Below are positions 9,406-18,298 of a stretch of 64,000 bases of DNA, piece after piece (the first letter of the stretch is position 1; each line of letters starts with the position of its first letter). The stretch covers positions 247,799 through 311,798 of the IMG/VR virus record IMGVR_UViG_3300031994_000001; one strand, given 5' to 3'. Both the position numbers and the translations under genes were made by a program. The notes beneath the pieces are model-generated. The model had not been told where the DNA came from, ran no database searches, and worked only from the letters and a program-made list of their open reading frames with translations. Origin of the DNA: a virus. Lineage: Duplodnaviria; Heunggongvirae; Uroviricota; Caudoviricetes.

Positions 9406-9614
9406 TACAAAGCAAGCAAAACGGTCATAGCATTGTTATTGACGGCAATATGGTAACTTACGATGGTGTCAAATACGAACTCCCAAAAAGAATATGGAAC
9501 AGAAACGGACGCTCGGTTGTCCAATCCAATGATAAGATATACATAGACGAGTACGTTTTCAAAGACGGTAAATTTCGTTGGTCTCTTATCGGTTTATTAA
9601 ACAGACTGTTCTGA
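9402..9614 (+). CDS. Hypothetical cargo protein
   Basis: 70 aa ORF, ATGA overlap. Confidence 0.65.
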   Translation: MIQSKQNGHSIVIDGNMVTYDGVKYELPKRIWNRNGRSVVQSNDKIYIDEYVFKDGKFRWSLIGLLNRLF

Positions 9615-9664
9615 TTGAAACTGTATAATTCAGAAAAATATGATATTCATTAAATACATCAACT

Positions 9665-10096
9665 ATGGAGAAAAATAAAGAAAACATTTTGTTTGCCGAC
9701 TTGGTTGCAAGACTGCCATACGGTGTAAAAATTGAAGTTGAGGCTTGGAACGAGGAGACCGAAAGTTCCGAAATGGTAGCCATACCAATCTATTCAGTAA
9801 ATACCGACAGATATTTCTATGCGTGTACTGACAGTGAAGAGATACAAATTCACATAGACGAAGTTCAACCGTACCTCCGAAAGATGTCAAGTATGACAGA
9901 AGAGGAAAAGGTAGAATATGACAAGTTGTGTTATAATTGCCAAGAGCAAGATAGCGTTGATTACAACATAACTCAACTTGATAGGACACAACTTATATAT
10001 GTTATTGATTGGCTCAACGCCCACCACTTCGACCATCGTGGTCTGATTGAAATTGGATTGGCACTTGAAGCCCCCGAAGATATGTATCAATTCTGA
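9665..10096 (+). CDS. Array paralog 15
   Basis: DLVARLPYG, PYLRKMSSMT, DWLNAHHFDHRGLI. Confidence 0.9.
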   Translation: MEKNKENILFADLVARLPYGVKIEVEAWNEETESSEMVAIPIYSVNTDRYFYACTDSEEIQIHIDEVQPYLRKMSSMTEEEKVEYDKLCYNCQEQDSVDYNITQLDRTQLIYVIDWLNAHHFDHRGLIEIGLALEAPEDMYQF

Positions 10097-10101
10097 TTGC
10101 T

Positions 10102-10530
10102 ATGACAAAGGAAGAAACTGAACTTCTCGTAAAGGATTTGAGCGCGAGAATAGCATACGGGGTGATTCTGAAAACGCCAAGCGGAAACGGCTATCTGTCC
10201 GACATACACCACACAATTTCTGATTGGAGAATCGGCGTGGAAGTAACTACAACGAAACGGTGCGTTTACAGCATAGATGAAGTCAAACCTTACCTGCGGA
10301 GTTTCGACTCTATCGAAATGGAAGAATGCGACAGAATCGAAGAAATGGTGTTTCCTATGGAAACTTGGGATGGTGAAATGCCCGCAGTCGTCAAAGTGAA
10401 TGACGCTCCGAAGTTGCTTGACTGCTATGACAGAATAATGGTGGACTACCGAGACTTGATTGAAAAGGGATTGGCTATAGAAGCCCCAGAAGGAATGTAT
10501 GACCTTATGATAAAAAACAACCAACTATGA
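10102..10530 (+). CDS. Array paralog 16
   Basis: DLSARIAYG, KPYLR, DYRDLIEKGLAIEAPEGMY. Confidence 0.88.
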   Translation: MTKEETELLVKDLSARIAYGVILKTPSGNGYLSDIHHTISDWRIGVEVTTTKRCVYSIDEVKPYLRSFDSIEMEECDRIEEMVFPMETWDGEMPAVVKVNDAPKLLDCYDRIMVDYRDLIEKGLAIEAPEGMYDLMIKNNQL

Positions 10531-11105
10531 TATACACTATTTTACTTGTTTTGTTCGTTATAGGTGTTTCGGCTTACATATACACAACGTTCAGAACAAT
10601 GAAAAAGAACGAGGAAAAGAAAGCCGAGCCGCCAAAGGAAAAATCCGAGGAAACGGATAATCCAAATAAGATGACCGCAAACCAAAAACTTGTGTATGCG
10701 GATTTGTGCGGCAGACTGCCATTCGGTGTGAAATGCGCCGTGTATTTCAAGAATCCGAGAAAGGACGGGTTTAACGGCTATATAACCGAACTCAACACGT
10801 ACCTGCTTGAAGAACTTGAGGATTTGGAATCAACCGAGGTTAAGGAGATAAAGCCGATTTTACGCAGGCTTGTTGATATGACCGAAGAGGAGCAGGCGAA
10901 CTTGAGAAAAGTAGCCCACGAAAAAGACGAAAAACTGTACCTTGAAGCGATAAACAGAAGCAAGATGGGGGACGGTTCTATGCGCGGAAAAGTCATAACC
11001 CATTTCGCCGCAGATTGGTGCAACGCGCACCATTTCGACTACCGAGGTTTGATTGACAAGGGGCTTGCCAATATGGTTGACGAAAAGTACAATCCTTACA
11101 ATTAA
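10527..11105 (+). CDS. Array paralog 17 with N-terminal transmembrane anchor
   Basis: Hydrophobic MIYTILLVLFVIGVSAYIY, charged linker, then family blocks. Confidence 0.9.
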   Translation: MIYTILLVLFVIGVSAYIYTTFRTMKKNEEKKAEPPKEKSEETDNPNKMTANQKLVYADLCGRLPFGVKCAVYFKNPRKDGFNGYITELNTYLLEELEDLESTEVKEIKPILRRLVDMTEEEQANLRKVAHEKDEKLYLEAINRSKMGDGSMRGKVITHFAADWCNAHHFDYRGLIDKGLANMVDEKYNPYN

Positions 11106-11107
11106 AG

Positions 11108-11137
11108 AAACGCGGTTGCAATGCAGCCGCGTTTTAT
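11108..11137 (+). terminator. Rho-independent terminator
   Basis: AAACGCGGTTGCA-A-TGCAGCCGCGTTT hairpin followed by T-rich tract. Confidence 0.7.
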
Positions 11138-11155
11138 TATTGAAAATTTTGTTCG

Positions 11156-11177
11156 TTTCGGATTTTTTTATTATATT
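11156..11177 (+). promoter_or_regulatory. Putative phage promoter motif (TTTCGGATTTTTTTATTATATT)
   Basis: Recurrent intergenic motif, directly after terminator. Confidence 0.65.
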
Positions 11178-11300
11178 ACATCAAAAGGAATTGTATGAGA
11201 GATTACAACAGCATATTCAACCGAGTACCGAGCGACCATTGCATAGTCGGCGGTATGTGCGTTCCGATAGGGCTGCTCACAAGTTCAAAAACGAAAAGCA

Positions 11301-11711
11301 ATGACAAAAGAAGAAAGAGATTATCTGTTCGCTGACGTTAGCGCGAGACTGCCTTACTCACCGATTTTTGATTACGGTGACGATGACGGCAAAGTGTTTA
11401 AACTCGGAGTGATAAATTACGAGTTTCTTGCCCATATGTATTTTCAAAATGTCAACAACAAAGACGCTGATATGCTTCGCCCGTATTTGCGTCCTATGTC
11501 AAGTATGACAGAAAAAGAAATGAGCGAATTAAGGCAATGGGGATGTTTGTGTATGACCCCCGATGGCTGTGTAGAAGACATTGGCGTATATGGTGCTATT
11601 CATAGTATTCCCGTTATAGATTGGCTCAACGCCCACCATTTCGACTATCGCGGTTTGATTGAAAAAGGGTTGGCACTTGAAGCCCTCGAAGGAATGTACG
11701 ACTTCAAATAA
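11301..11711 (+). CDS. Array paralog 18
   Basis: DVSARLPY, RPYLRPMSSMT, DWLNAHHFDYRGLIEKGLALEA. Confidence 0.9.
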   Translation: MTKEERDYLFADVSARLPYSPIFDYGDDDGKVFKLGVINYEFLAHMYFQNVNNKDADMLRPYLRPMSSMTEKEMSELRQWGCLCMTPDGCVEDIGVYGAIHSIPVIDWLNAHHFDYRGLIEKGLALEALEGMYDFK

Positions 11712-11717
11712 AGCATT

Positions 11718-12167
11718 ATGGAAAAGAACGAAATCGGAAGTTTAATTGACGACTTGGCGTTCAACGACATCTGTGCGAGAATACCATACGGATTGAAAAT
11801 TGAACGCATATACAAGATGAACGGCAAACGCCATCAAGAGACAATAGACATTGACATTGATAATGTCAGCGTTTTCTTCGAGTACATAGAAAAGGATTGG
11901 TACGAAAGCGTAAAACCCGTCCTGCGACCCATAGCAGATATGACACAAGCGGAGGTCAACAAAGTGTTTGACATTTTGAACATTGACGAGGAACACGGAG
12001 ATTGGCTCAAAGTGAACGATATCGGAATCCTGCGATTATTCACCGAGGCGGGCAAGGACTTGTACGAAATTGCAGCCGCTATGGACTATCTGAACAAAAT
12101 TCACATTGACTACCGCAACCTCATTGAAAAAGGATTGGCGGTCAAGGCAAGCAAAGGAACATATTAA
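11718..12167 (+). CDS. Array paralog 19 (subtype B)
   Basis: DICARIPYG, KPVLRP, DYLNKIHIDYRNLI. Confidence 0.9.
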   Translation: MEKNEIGSLIDDLAFNDICARIPYGLKIERIYKMNGKRHQETIDIDIDNVSVFFEYIEKDWYESVKPVLRPIADMTQAEVNKVFDILNIDEEHGDWLKVNDIGILRLFTEAGKDLYEIAAAMDYLNKIHIDYRNLIEKGLAVKASKGTY

Positions 12168-12179
12168 AACCCAAATATT

Positions 12180-12353
12180 ATGAGAAACGCTATCATTTAT
12201 TTTTGCTCAAACATTTTGAGAATTTTGATTTACTCCGTGATTGCATTGGTTTTCATTTCAATCGGAAATCTGTTCGGCGGAGTTAAGGACAACATTTCCG
12301 TATCGCTGCTCATCGGTTTCACTTGGGCTATTCTCAACGACATAGCGAACTGA
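12180..12353 (+). CDS. Small membrane protein (57 aa, below ORF-track cutoff)
   Basis: MRNAIIYFCSNILRILIYSVIALVFISIG...; two hydrophobic stretches; fills gap exactly. Confidence 0.55.
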   Translation: MRNAIIYFCSNILRILIYSVIALVFISIGNLFGGVKDNISVSLLIGFTWAILNDIAN

Positions 12354-12354
12354 T

Positions 12355-12837
12355 ATGACACGCAAGAAAGAATTACTCGCGGAAGAGCGGCTGCTATTTG
12401 AAGACCTATGCGGACGAATCCCATACGGCGTGATGCTATTTTACGAAAAATGGAACTATGATTTTGACAATTCTATGGGAATAGTCGAAAAACTGTTCGG
12501 CATTGACGGGAAATGGATATACACCGTTGACAGTTCGGGCAAGGTTGACAAGCATTCAATCCAAGAGCCTCTGCGGATAACAAGGTTCAAGCCGTACCTG
12601 CGTAAAATATCGGATATGACCGCAGAGGAATACGAGGACTTCTACAAGGCAGTCGCCACCGACAACAACAATCACCACGGTTGCGTGGTTGACGGAAAGC
12701 CAAAGATATTCACCCTCGGAATCAGAACGATGGCTTGGCTGAATGCCCACCACTTCGACTACCGAGGTCTTATCGAAAGAAAATTGGCATTGGATGTCAA
12801 GGAAACATCAAACCCATATAAAGAAAAGGAACAATGA
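12355..12837 (+). CDS. Array paralog 20
   Basis: DLCGRIPYG, KPYLRK, WLNAHHFDYRGLI. Confidence 0.9.
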   Translation: MTRKKELLAEERLLFEDLCGRIPYGVMLFYEKWNYDFDNSMGIVEKLFGIDGKWIYTVDSSGKVDKHSIQEPLRITRFKPYLRKISDMTAEEYEDFYKAVATDNNNHHGCVVDGKPKIFTLGIRTMAWLNAHHFDYRGLIERKLALDVKETSNPYKEKEQ

Positions 12838-13343
12838 GACAACGTGCTGTATTCGCTGGGTCATTCGACCCGTTCACAATGGCTCACTTGGAGATATGCC
12901 GAAAAGCGAGCGACTTTTTCAAAGTGACTGTGCTTATTTGTGTCAACCCGAACAAAAGCAACAGTATGTTCACGGCAGAGGAACGCAAGGAAATGATTGA
13001 CCTTCTGTTCAAAGACACAGACCTTGTTGATGTTGACATCTGCTACGGTCTGCTCGCAGACTACTGCAAGTCACACAACATAAAGTATGTTGTCAGAGGT
13101 CTGCGCTATACCAACGCGATAGAGGAAATCGAACTTGCCAACATATACCACGAGGACGGCGTTGAAACCGTTATGTTCCCGCTGTGTGACGGCAAGTATG
13201 CCAATGTATCTTCAACCCGCATTAGGGAATATATCAAATACGGTTGGAATTGGAAACGGTTTGTCCACCACAAACTTCACGCTATGATAGAGGAAAGTCT
13301 GCAACGCCGCAGCCTTTGTGAACGAGAACTGATAAACAAATAA
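12834..13343 (+). CDS. coaD: Phosphopantetheine adenylyltransferase-like nucleotidyltransferase
   Basis: AVFAGSFDPFTMAH, NPNK, ER..MI, VVRGLR, VETV, VSST motifs of PPAT. Confidence 0.85.
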   Translation: MRQRAVFAGSFDPFTMAHLEICRKASDFFKVTVLICVNPNKSNSMFTAEERKEMIDLLFKDTDLVDVDICYGLLADYCKSHNIKYVVRGLRYTNAIEEIELANIYHEDGVETVMFPLCDGKYANVSSTRIREYIKYGWNWKRFVHHKLHAMIEESLQRRSLCERELINK

Positions 13344-13353
13344 CAACTGCGAT

Positions 13354-13560
13354 ATGGCTGACTACATTGTAACATACCAAAGACGCGAGCAATACGACTG
13401 CCAAGGAAACTGCGGGGTAAAAACCGTGGCAAAGGCATTTAACGGCAGCACAACGCTCGAAGAGGTTGCCAAGTGGGTAAAAGACACGGCAGGTGTGTTC
13501 TGCAACCAACCGAATGTAATTGACAACCCGAAAATAATCGGAATAGGAGACGATAATTAA
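13354..13560 (+). CDS. Hypothetical protein
   Basis: 68 aa ORF in operon packing. Confidence 0.6.
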   Translation: MADYIVTYQRREQYDCQGNCGVKTVAKAFNGSTTLEEVAKWVKDTAGVFCNQPNVIDNPKIIGIGDDN

Positions 13561-13563
13561 ACT

Positions 13564-14100
13564 ATGACAAAAGAACAGAAAAAACGGCTTATCAACGACT
13601 TGTGTTGCAGACTTCCATTCCAACCAATCGCATATTTCTATTTGGAGTTCAATATGGATGGTGTCAAGGAAGACGGATATTGCAGGATTCGTTCAGTCAA
13701 CATAGAACGGGAAACCGTTGACACTGACTGCGGCGAGTTCTCGTTGGATGACATCAAACTCTGCCTGCGCAGGCAAAGCCAAATGACAGACGAGGAACGT
13801 GAAGAATATGAGAATGCCATTGAATACCGAAGCGATTACGACAAATACGATTGGCTTGCGGAACACCACTTCGACTTCCGTATGCTGATTGAGGATAATA
13901 TCGCAATCGAAGCGGATGACGTTATAAGAGACGAACTCGGACTAACAACAAAGCCTGCCGAAGACCCGTACAAAACACCCGTGCATATCGAAATGTTAGA
14001 TAAAGACGGTATGGTGGTATCGGAAAACGACTACCTCGGTATAATGCTGCCGTCAGACAATCCGAATGAAATCAGCCTATCATTAAAACCAATAGAATAA
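13564..14100 (+). CDS. Array paralog 21 with C-terminal extension
   Basis: DLCCRLPF, KLCLRRQSQMT, DWLAEHHFDFRMLI. Confidence 0.85.
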   Translation: MTKEQKKRLINDLCCRLPFQPIAYFYLEFNMDGVKEDGYCRIRSVNIERETVDTDCGEFSLDDIKLCLRRQSQMTDEEREEYENAIEYRSDYDKYDWLAEHHFDFRMLIEDNIAIEADDVIRDELGLTTKPAEDPYKTPVHIEMLDKDGMVVSENDYLGIMLPSDNPNEISLSLKPIE

Positions 14101-14486
14101 TGGACAACAGAGAAAAACAACTGCTCACCGCCGAAACGTGCGCAAGAATGATGTACGGCGTAAAGGCGAAGTCGAACCAATCAGAGGTTGTGTTCACCGT
14201 CCTGCGAGGCGGCAACTACGATGATGAGGAACAGTATTTCATTCCCGACAATTTGGGGTTTGCATTCAAGATTGACGAGTTCAAACTTCTGCTGCGCCCT
14301 ATGTCATCTATGTCTGACGATGACGATATGCACCGTTGCGCGTTCTTGGACGATATTGAGGGCGGTGTCGCGGAGGCTATTCCAAACTACATCGAATGGC
14401 TCAACCAAAACCACTACGACTACCGTGGTTGGATTGAAAAGGGGTTGGCACTCGAAGCACCCGAAGGAACTTACAACTTAAAATAA
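14100..14486 (+). CDS. Array paralog 22
   Basis: TCARMMYG, LLLRPMSSM, WLNQNHYDYRGWIEKGLALEAPEG. Confidence 0.88.
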   Translation: MDNREKQLLTAETCARMMYGVKAKSNQSEVVFTVLRGGNYDDEEQYFIPDNLGFAFKIDEFKLLLRPMSSMSDDDDMHRCAFLDDIEGGVAEAIPNYIEWLNQNHYDYRGWIEKGLALEAPEGTYNLK

Positions 14487-14491
14487 ACGAT

Positions 14492-14713
14492 ATGACACTA
14501 CTTACATTCATAACAATTCTCACAATCGCTGACGTGTTGGCATTGATTGCCGACTTGGTGATTCTTTACAAATACTGCGATGCGGGTTTTCTCGGCTATC
14601 CCGATGAATGGCACTCGCCGAAAGCGGAAAAAGCGCATTACGCGCTTGCAACGGCAGTCTTGGTGCTGTCAATCATAATCACTGTGCTAATGGTAATTTT
14701 TGGCAATAAATAA
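14492..14713 (+). CDS. Small two-TM membrane protein
   Basis: Two hydrophobic helices. Confidence 0.7.
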   Translation: MTLLTFITILTIADVLALIADLVILYKYCDAGFLGYPDEWHSPKAEKAHYALATAVLVLSIIITVLMVIFGNK

Positions 14714-14721
14714 CAAGAAAA

Positions 14722-15135
14722 ATGGAAAACACGAAAGTATCAAAAAACATCGTCTATCTCGTGGACATTATCCAAAAGGAGATAAACAAACAATGCTGCC
14801 TACCCGAAGGCTACAACGCAGACCTCGAACTCGAAGACAATGACAAGGAACTGCTCGGACTGAAAGTCATCGGAATCACAGTCACCGACAAAGACGGCAA
14901 CCAAGTCGGCGGCGTGTTCAAAGACGAAAAGGAGGTCGCAGCATACTTCAAGTCAATGCAGCATATCAGCGGAGACACACTCGCTGACGAATATGTCAAG
15001 GGCGTGCAAGAAGTCAACCCATACCCAACTTGGGATTTGGTAAGGACTGCGTTCTGCGCTGGAATGAACGAGCAGCGAATCCAAACCAAAAAGTACGAGC
15101 AAATGCTGAACACTCTGAAAGAGGATGATGAATAA
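14722..15135 (+). CDS. Hypothetical protein
   Basis: 137 aa ORF. Confidence 0.75.
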   Translation: MENTKVSKNIVYLVDIIQKEINKQCCLPEGYNADLELEDNDKELLGLKVIGITVTDKDGNQVGGVFKDEKEVAAYFKSMQHISGDTLADEYVKGVQEVNPYPTWDLVRTAFCAGMNEQRIQTKKYEQMLNTLKEDDE

Positions 15136-15166
15136 AAAAAGAGGGCTGAATTTCAGCCCTCTTTTT
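15136..15166. terminator. Bidirectional terminator between convergent genes
   Basis: AAAAAGAGGGCTGAA-T-TTCAGCCCTCTTTTT perfect inverted repeat. Confidence 0.85.
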
Positions 15167-15180
15167 ATATCATTTGTTGA

Positions 15181-15651
15181 TTACCATTCTTCAATTCCCT
15201 CTTTTTCAAAATCTTCTTTTGTTACGGGGACTTCTTTTATGATTGACATTTGAAATACAAAAGACCTTAATTCTATTTTGTCGTTATTGTAGTCATCCCA
15301 TTCCTTTTGTGTAGGTTCTTTAAAATTCCACGATACTTGAATTGAAGACATTGCTGTATATTCTGCAATCAAACTTCCATCTTTCATTTCTGTAAAATGC
15401 AAGTTGTCTGGATTGAATTTATGTCCGTCACATCTTCCATTTATGAATTTTTCAATGCAATGCAATATAGTAACACCATTGCCAATAGGCGTACTATTTG
15501 TTTCTTCGGACATATTTGGGTCTTCACCGTTTGAGTGATGATTATTGTTCATAATTGTATGAACATTGGTTATCTTGTAATAGCCATTTTCCATACTCTC
15601 ATTTACAGATTGAGTTTTTATCATCTCGTCAACTCTTTTAATATGTGTCAT
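15181..15651 (-). CDS. Putative internal head protein (MTHIKRVDEM...VNES N-terminus)
   Basis: Shared N-terminal motif; TATAAATA at 15671-15678 upstream. Confidence 0.6.
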   Translation of the reverse strand: MTHIKRVDEMIKTQSVNESMENGYYKITNVHTIMNNNHHSNGEDPNMSEETNSTPIGNGVTILHCIEKFINGRCDGHKFNPDNLHFTEMKDGSLIAEYTAMSSIQVSWNFKEPTQKEWDDYNNDKIELRSFVFQMSIIKEVPVTKEDFEKEGIEEW

Positions 15652-15678
15652 AACAGTCTTATATTTTTAATATTTATA

Positions 15679-17397
15679 CTACTTGTTTTCCCTAACATCT
15701 TCGTAGTTTGATTTAAGTGCGGGCTTGTATTCACGCCTGCTCAAATAAACACGTTGCTTCAAGTTGTTCGGGTTGTCGGTGTCAACCTCGTCCATATAGA
15801 TTTCAAAACCCGTCACAACGTACCAACCGCTCAAACTCTCGTTAAGGGTTTCCGCAGCCTTGTTAAGCGGGTCGGCTGCACCGTTTGTGGCGAACTCGCT
15901 GTAAACACCCGCCTTAATTGCCTCATTCTTGCCTTCCTCGGTGTCAAGGTCAAACCTCGGTGTTGTATCGCTTTGAATTGACGGGTGGTCTTTGAGATTG
16001 AGCGTTTCGCCTTTCTCGTTTTCAAGAACAGCATCCTCCTTCAGATTCGGATTCTCCGTAAGCGCACCCTGCCCCATATCGTTTTTCTCGAACACAATGA
16101 GTTTGATTCTCGAAAACCTTGTTATCGAAGGATTCACCGCAGGCAGTTCCACAACCATACCGAACTTTTCCATATCGCCCAAATTCATTCGGTTGTTGAC
16201 CTCGGCGTAATAGTAGTTATCGTCCATATGGTCGTTCACTATGCCGCTGAACGTGTATGTCTTCAAGTTCTCAACAAGTTCGGAAGCATTGCCGTCAATA
16301 AGCATACCCTTGTTCAAAGGCATCATACCCTCCGTGTTCGGATTGTTCACCGTGACGGGAATATCCATATATTCCTGCGAAGCGTACTTCCACCATTGGG
16401 CGTACTTCACATATCCGTCAAGCAGACTGCCGCCTGGGGAGTTGACCTCCGAATAATTGTCATAGTAGGGTGTCCAACCCGACAGATACTTGCTGTTGTT
16501 CAGTTCGTACCAATACTTGTGCCGCCTGCCTTTCCAATCGCTTATATCCTGCTCCTCATCTTCTACCGTGTTGGCTTCATCGGCTGCTTCGGAGTTCTCG
16601 TCAGCGAAGTATGCTGTCTTGTATGCGTAGCAATACTCGTTTTCCTCAATCTGCGAGAACAGCCTTGAGACCTCAACAAAGTTGAGGTTGTAGAATTGGT
16701 CTATGAAAGCGGTAAAGAACGAATCGTCATCCTTGTATGCGTGACGGGCAATACTCTGCATAAAACTCTCAACGGAGCTGTAGCCGTTTATCCACAGTTG
16801 GGCATCGTCCGTGTTGTCAATGTTGGAAGCGAATCCGAGTCCCAACTCCTCGGATATGTCGAACAGCGAATCGTATGAAGTTCCGCTGCAAAACATATTC
16901 TTTCTGAAATACAGTTTCGGCACGTTGAGTTGCGCCGTTATGACAAATGAACTTGAACTGCCCGTGACAACCGAGCCTACAAACCCGTCACGCTCCTTTG
17001 TGTTCGTCACAATGTAGTCCATTCTTATCGGGCGGTATATCTTTTCATCCCCGATTGTCGCCACATAAACGCTTATGATAGAGCCGTCCGTTGCATAATA
17101 CTTGCCTTTTATCTCGTTGTTCGGGTCGGCTACAACTAATTCCATAGACGGAATGAAGTCCGTGAAACGCAACTTGAAACTGATTATGTTCTGCGGCTGA
17201 ACCACAAACGACTTGTTAAGCCTTATCATTGGCAGAAAGGCATAGCGTTTCGACTCATCGCCGAAAGCCTGCGGATATTCCTCCTTAATCGCGTGTTCGT
17301 CACCCGATTCGGTGTTGGGTATAATCAGTTTCTCCGTTTTGACTGTCGGTTCGAGACGCTGATAAATCTTCAAATCGTCAAGTGTGTAGTCTGCCAT
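15679..17397 (-). CDS. Large putative virion structural protein (baseplate/tail-like)
   Basis: 572 aa acidic protein in late minus-strand block; no exact family recognised. Confidence 0.45.
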   Translation of the reverse strand: MADYTLDDLKIYQRLEPTVKTEKLIIPNTESGDEHAIKEEYPQAFGDESKRYAFLPMIRLNKSFVVQPQNIISFKLRFTDFIPSMELVVADPNNEIKGKYYATDGSIISVYVATIGDEKIYRPIRMDYIVTNTKERDGFVGSVVTGSSSSFVITAQLNVPKLYFRKNMFCSGTSYDSLFDISEELGLGFASNIDNTDDAQLWINGYSSVESFMQSIARHAYKDDDSFFTAFIDQFYNLNFVEVSRLFSQIEENEYCYAYKTAYFADENSEAADEANTVEDEEQDISDWKGRRHKYWYELNNSKYLSGWTPYYDNYSEVNSPGGSLLDGYVKYAQWWKYASQEYMDIPVTVNNPNTEGMMPLNKGMLIDGNASELVENLKTYTFSGIVNDHMDDNYYYAEVNNRMNLGDMEKFGMVVELPAVNPSITRFSRIKLIVFEKNDMGQGALTENPNLKEDAVLENEKGETLNLKDHPSIQSDTTPRFDLDTEEGKNEAIKAGVYSEFATNGAADPLNKAAETLNESLSGWYVVTGFEIYMDEVDTDNPNNLKQRVYLSRREYKPALKSNYEDVRENK

Positions 17398-17398
17398 T

Positions 17399-17662
17399 TT
17401 AGTTGATTTTACGGTAATTCTTCGGTACGGCGTAATTGAAATAGTTTCTGATGTACTTGACGCTCTCCACCAAGTTCACCATAAAGTCGTTGAGGTGGTC
17501 AAGGAATCCCGCAAGTTTCTCGTTTGCGTACAGATATTTTGACAACGAGTTTCTAATCAAGGTTTTCGAGTAATCGTAGCCTTGATACAGAACATTCCAA
17601 TCGTCATATCTGATTTGCTCTTTGGGATGCACAAATCCCTTGTATTTGTTCACGTTTTCCAT
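17399..17662 (-). CDS. Hypothetical protein
   Basis: 87 aa ORF coupled to neighbours. Confidence 0.7.
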   Translation of the reverse strand: MENVNKYKGFVHPKEQIRYDDWNVLYQGYDYSKTLIRNSLSKYLYANEKLAGFLDHLNDFMVNLVESVKYIRNYFNYAVPKNYRKIN

Positions 17663-17666
17663 ATCA

Positions 17667-17873
17667 CTATTTCATATCTTTCACCTTCTTTATACGAGGT
17701 TTGCGTTTTTTCTTCTTTTTAAGATAGTCGGCGAAATCGCTGACTTGTTTTTTTGTCATACCGTTTGCCGCGTCCCTAACGGATTGGCTCACTTCCTTTT
17801 TCTTCACGTCACCGTTCTGCACGGCTCTTACAAGTTTGAAGAAATTTTGCTGTTTTTTACTTACACTCGGCAT
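17667..17873 (-). CDS. Small basic protein, DUF3008-like
   Basis: MPSVSKKQQNFF...MTKKQVSDFA pattern; TATAAATA at 17933-17940. Confidence 0.55.
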   Translation of the reverse strand: MPSVSKKQQNFFKLVRAVQNGDVKKKEVSQSVRDAANGMTKKQVSDFADYLKKKKKRKPRIKKVKDMK

Positions 17874-17944
17874 AGAAAAAATTTTTTGTAGCAGTTTTCC
17901 GAATTTTTTATTATATTATCGTAACCACCTTATATTTATAAGTT

Positions 17945-18298
17945 ATGAATAAATTGCCATCAGAAAGGGGAATCCACCCAATCTACGAAAAGACAACCGA
18001 GGCTTGGAAAATGATTTACCAAGGCAAGGACAAAATTTTGAAGTGCATCAAATCTTCCAACACAGTTGGGCAGTTCGAGACCTGCGCCAATATGATTCGC
18101 AATTTCAGAGAAATGGTTTTCAGCAAATACGGCATACCGAAAGACGGGTTCACCGAGCAAACATTGCTTCAACGGATTGGCTTTTGGAAAGAGAAAGACG
18201 TTGCCCGCGAACTAATCTGCGAGGGTATGAAGTGTGCCAACAGAGAAATGGTTATGACACTTGCTCGTGTCAGAAAGGAGACTGTCGGTGACATTTAA
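17945..18298 (+). CDS. Hypothetical protein
   Basis: 117 aa ORF downstream of promoter motif 17896-17917. Confidence 0.7.
   Translation: MNKLPSERGIHPIYEKTTEAWKMIYQGKDKILKCIKSSNTVGQFETCANMIRNFREMVFSKYGIPKDGFTEQTLLQRIGFWKEKDVARELICEGMKCANREMVMTLARVRKETVGDI

Larger units (their letters stand above)
85..14486 (+). repeat. Tandem array of 22 paralogous genes (constant blocks LPYG / KPYLRP / DWLNAHHFDYRGLI..GLALEAP) with interleaved cargo genes
   Basis: Same three protein motifs and near-identical nucleotide block GATTGGCTSAACGCNCAYCAYTTCGACTAYCGNGG recur across ORFs. Confidence 0.95.

Noticed and set aside
11195-11335. Possible small ORF between promoter motif and paralog 18
   Set aside because: Overlaps paralog 18 start and has no recognisable features; cannot support
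85-14486. CRISPR array or diversity-generating retroelement explanation for the repeats
   Set aside because: Repeats are in-frame coding blocks hundreds of bp apart and degenerate; no cas or reverse transcriptase gene and no adenine-specific TR/VR pair seen
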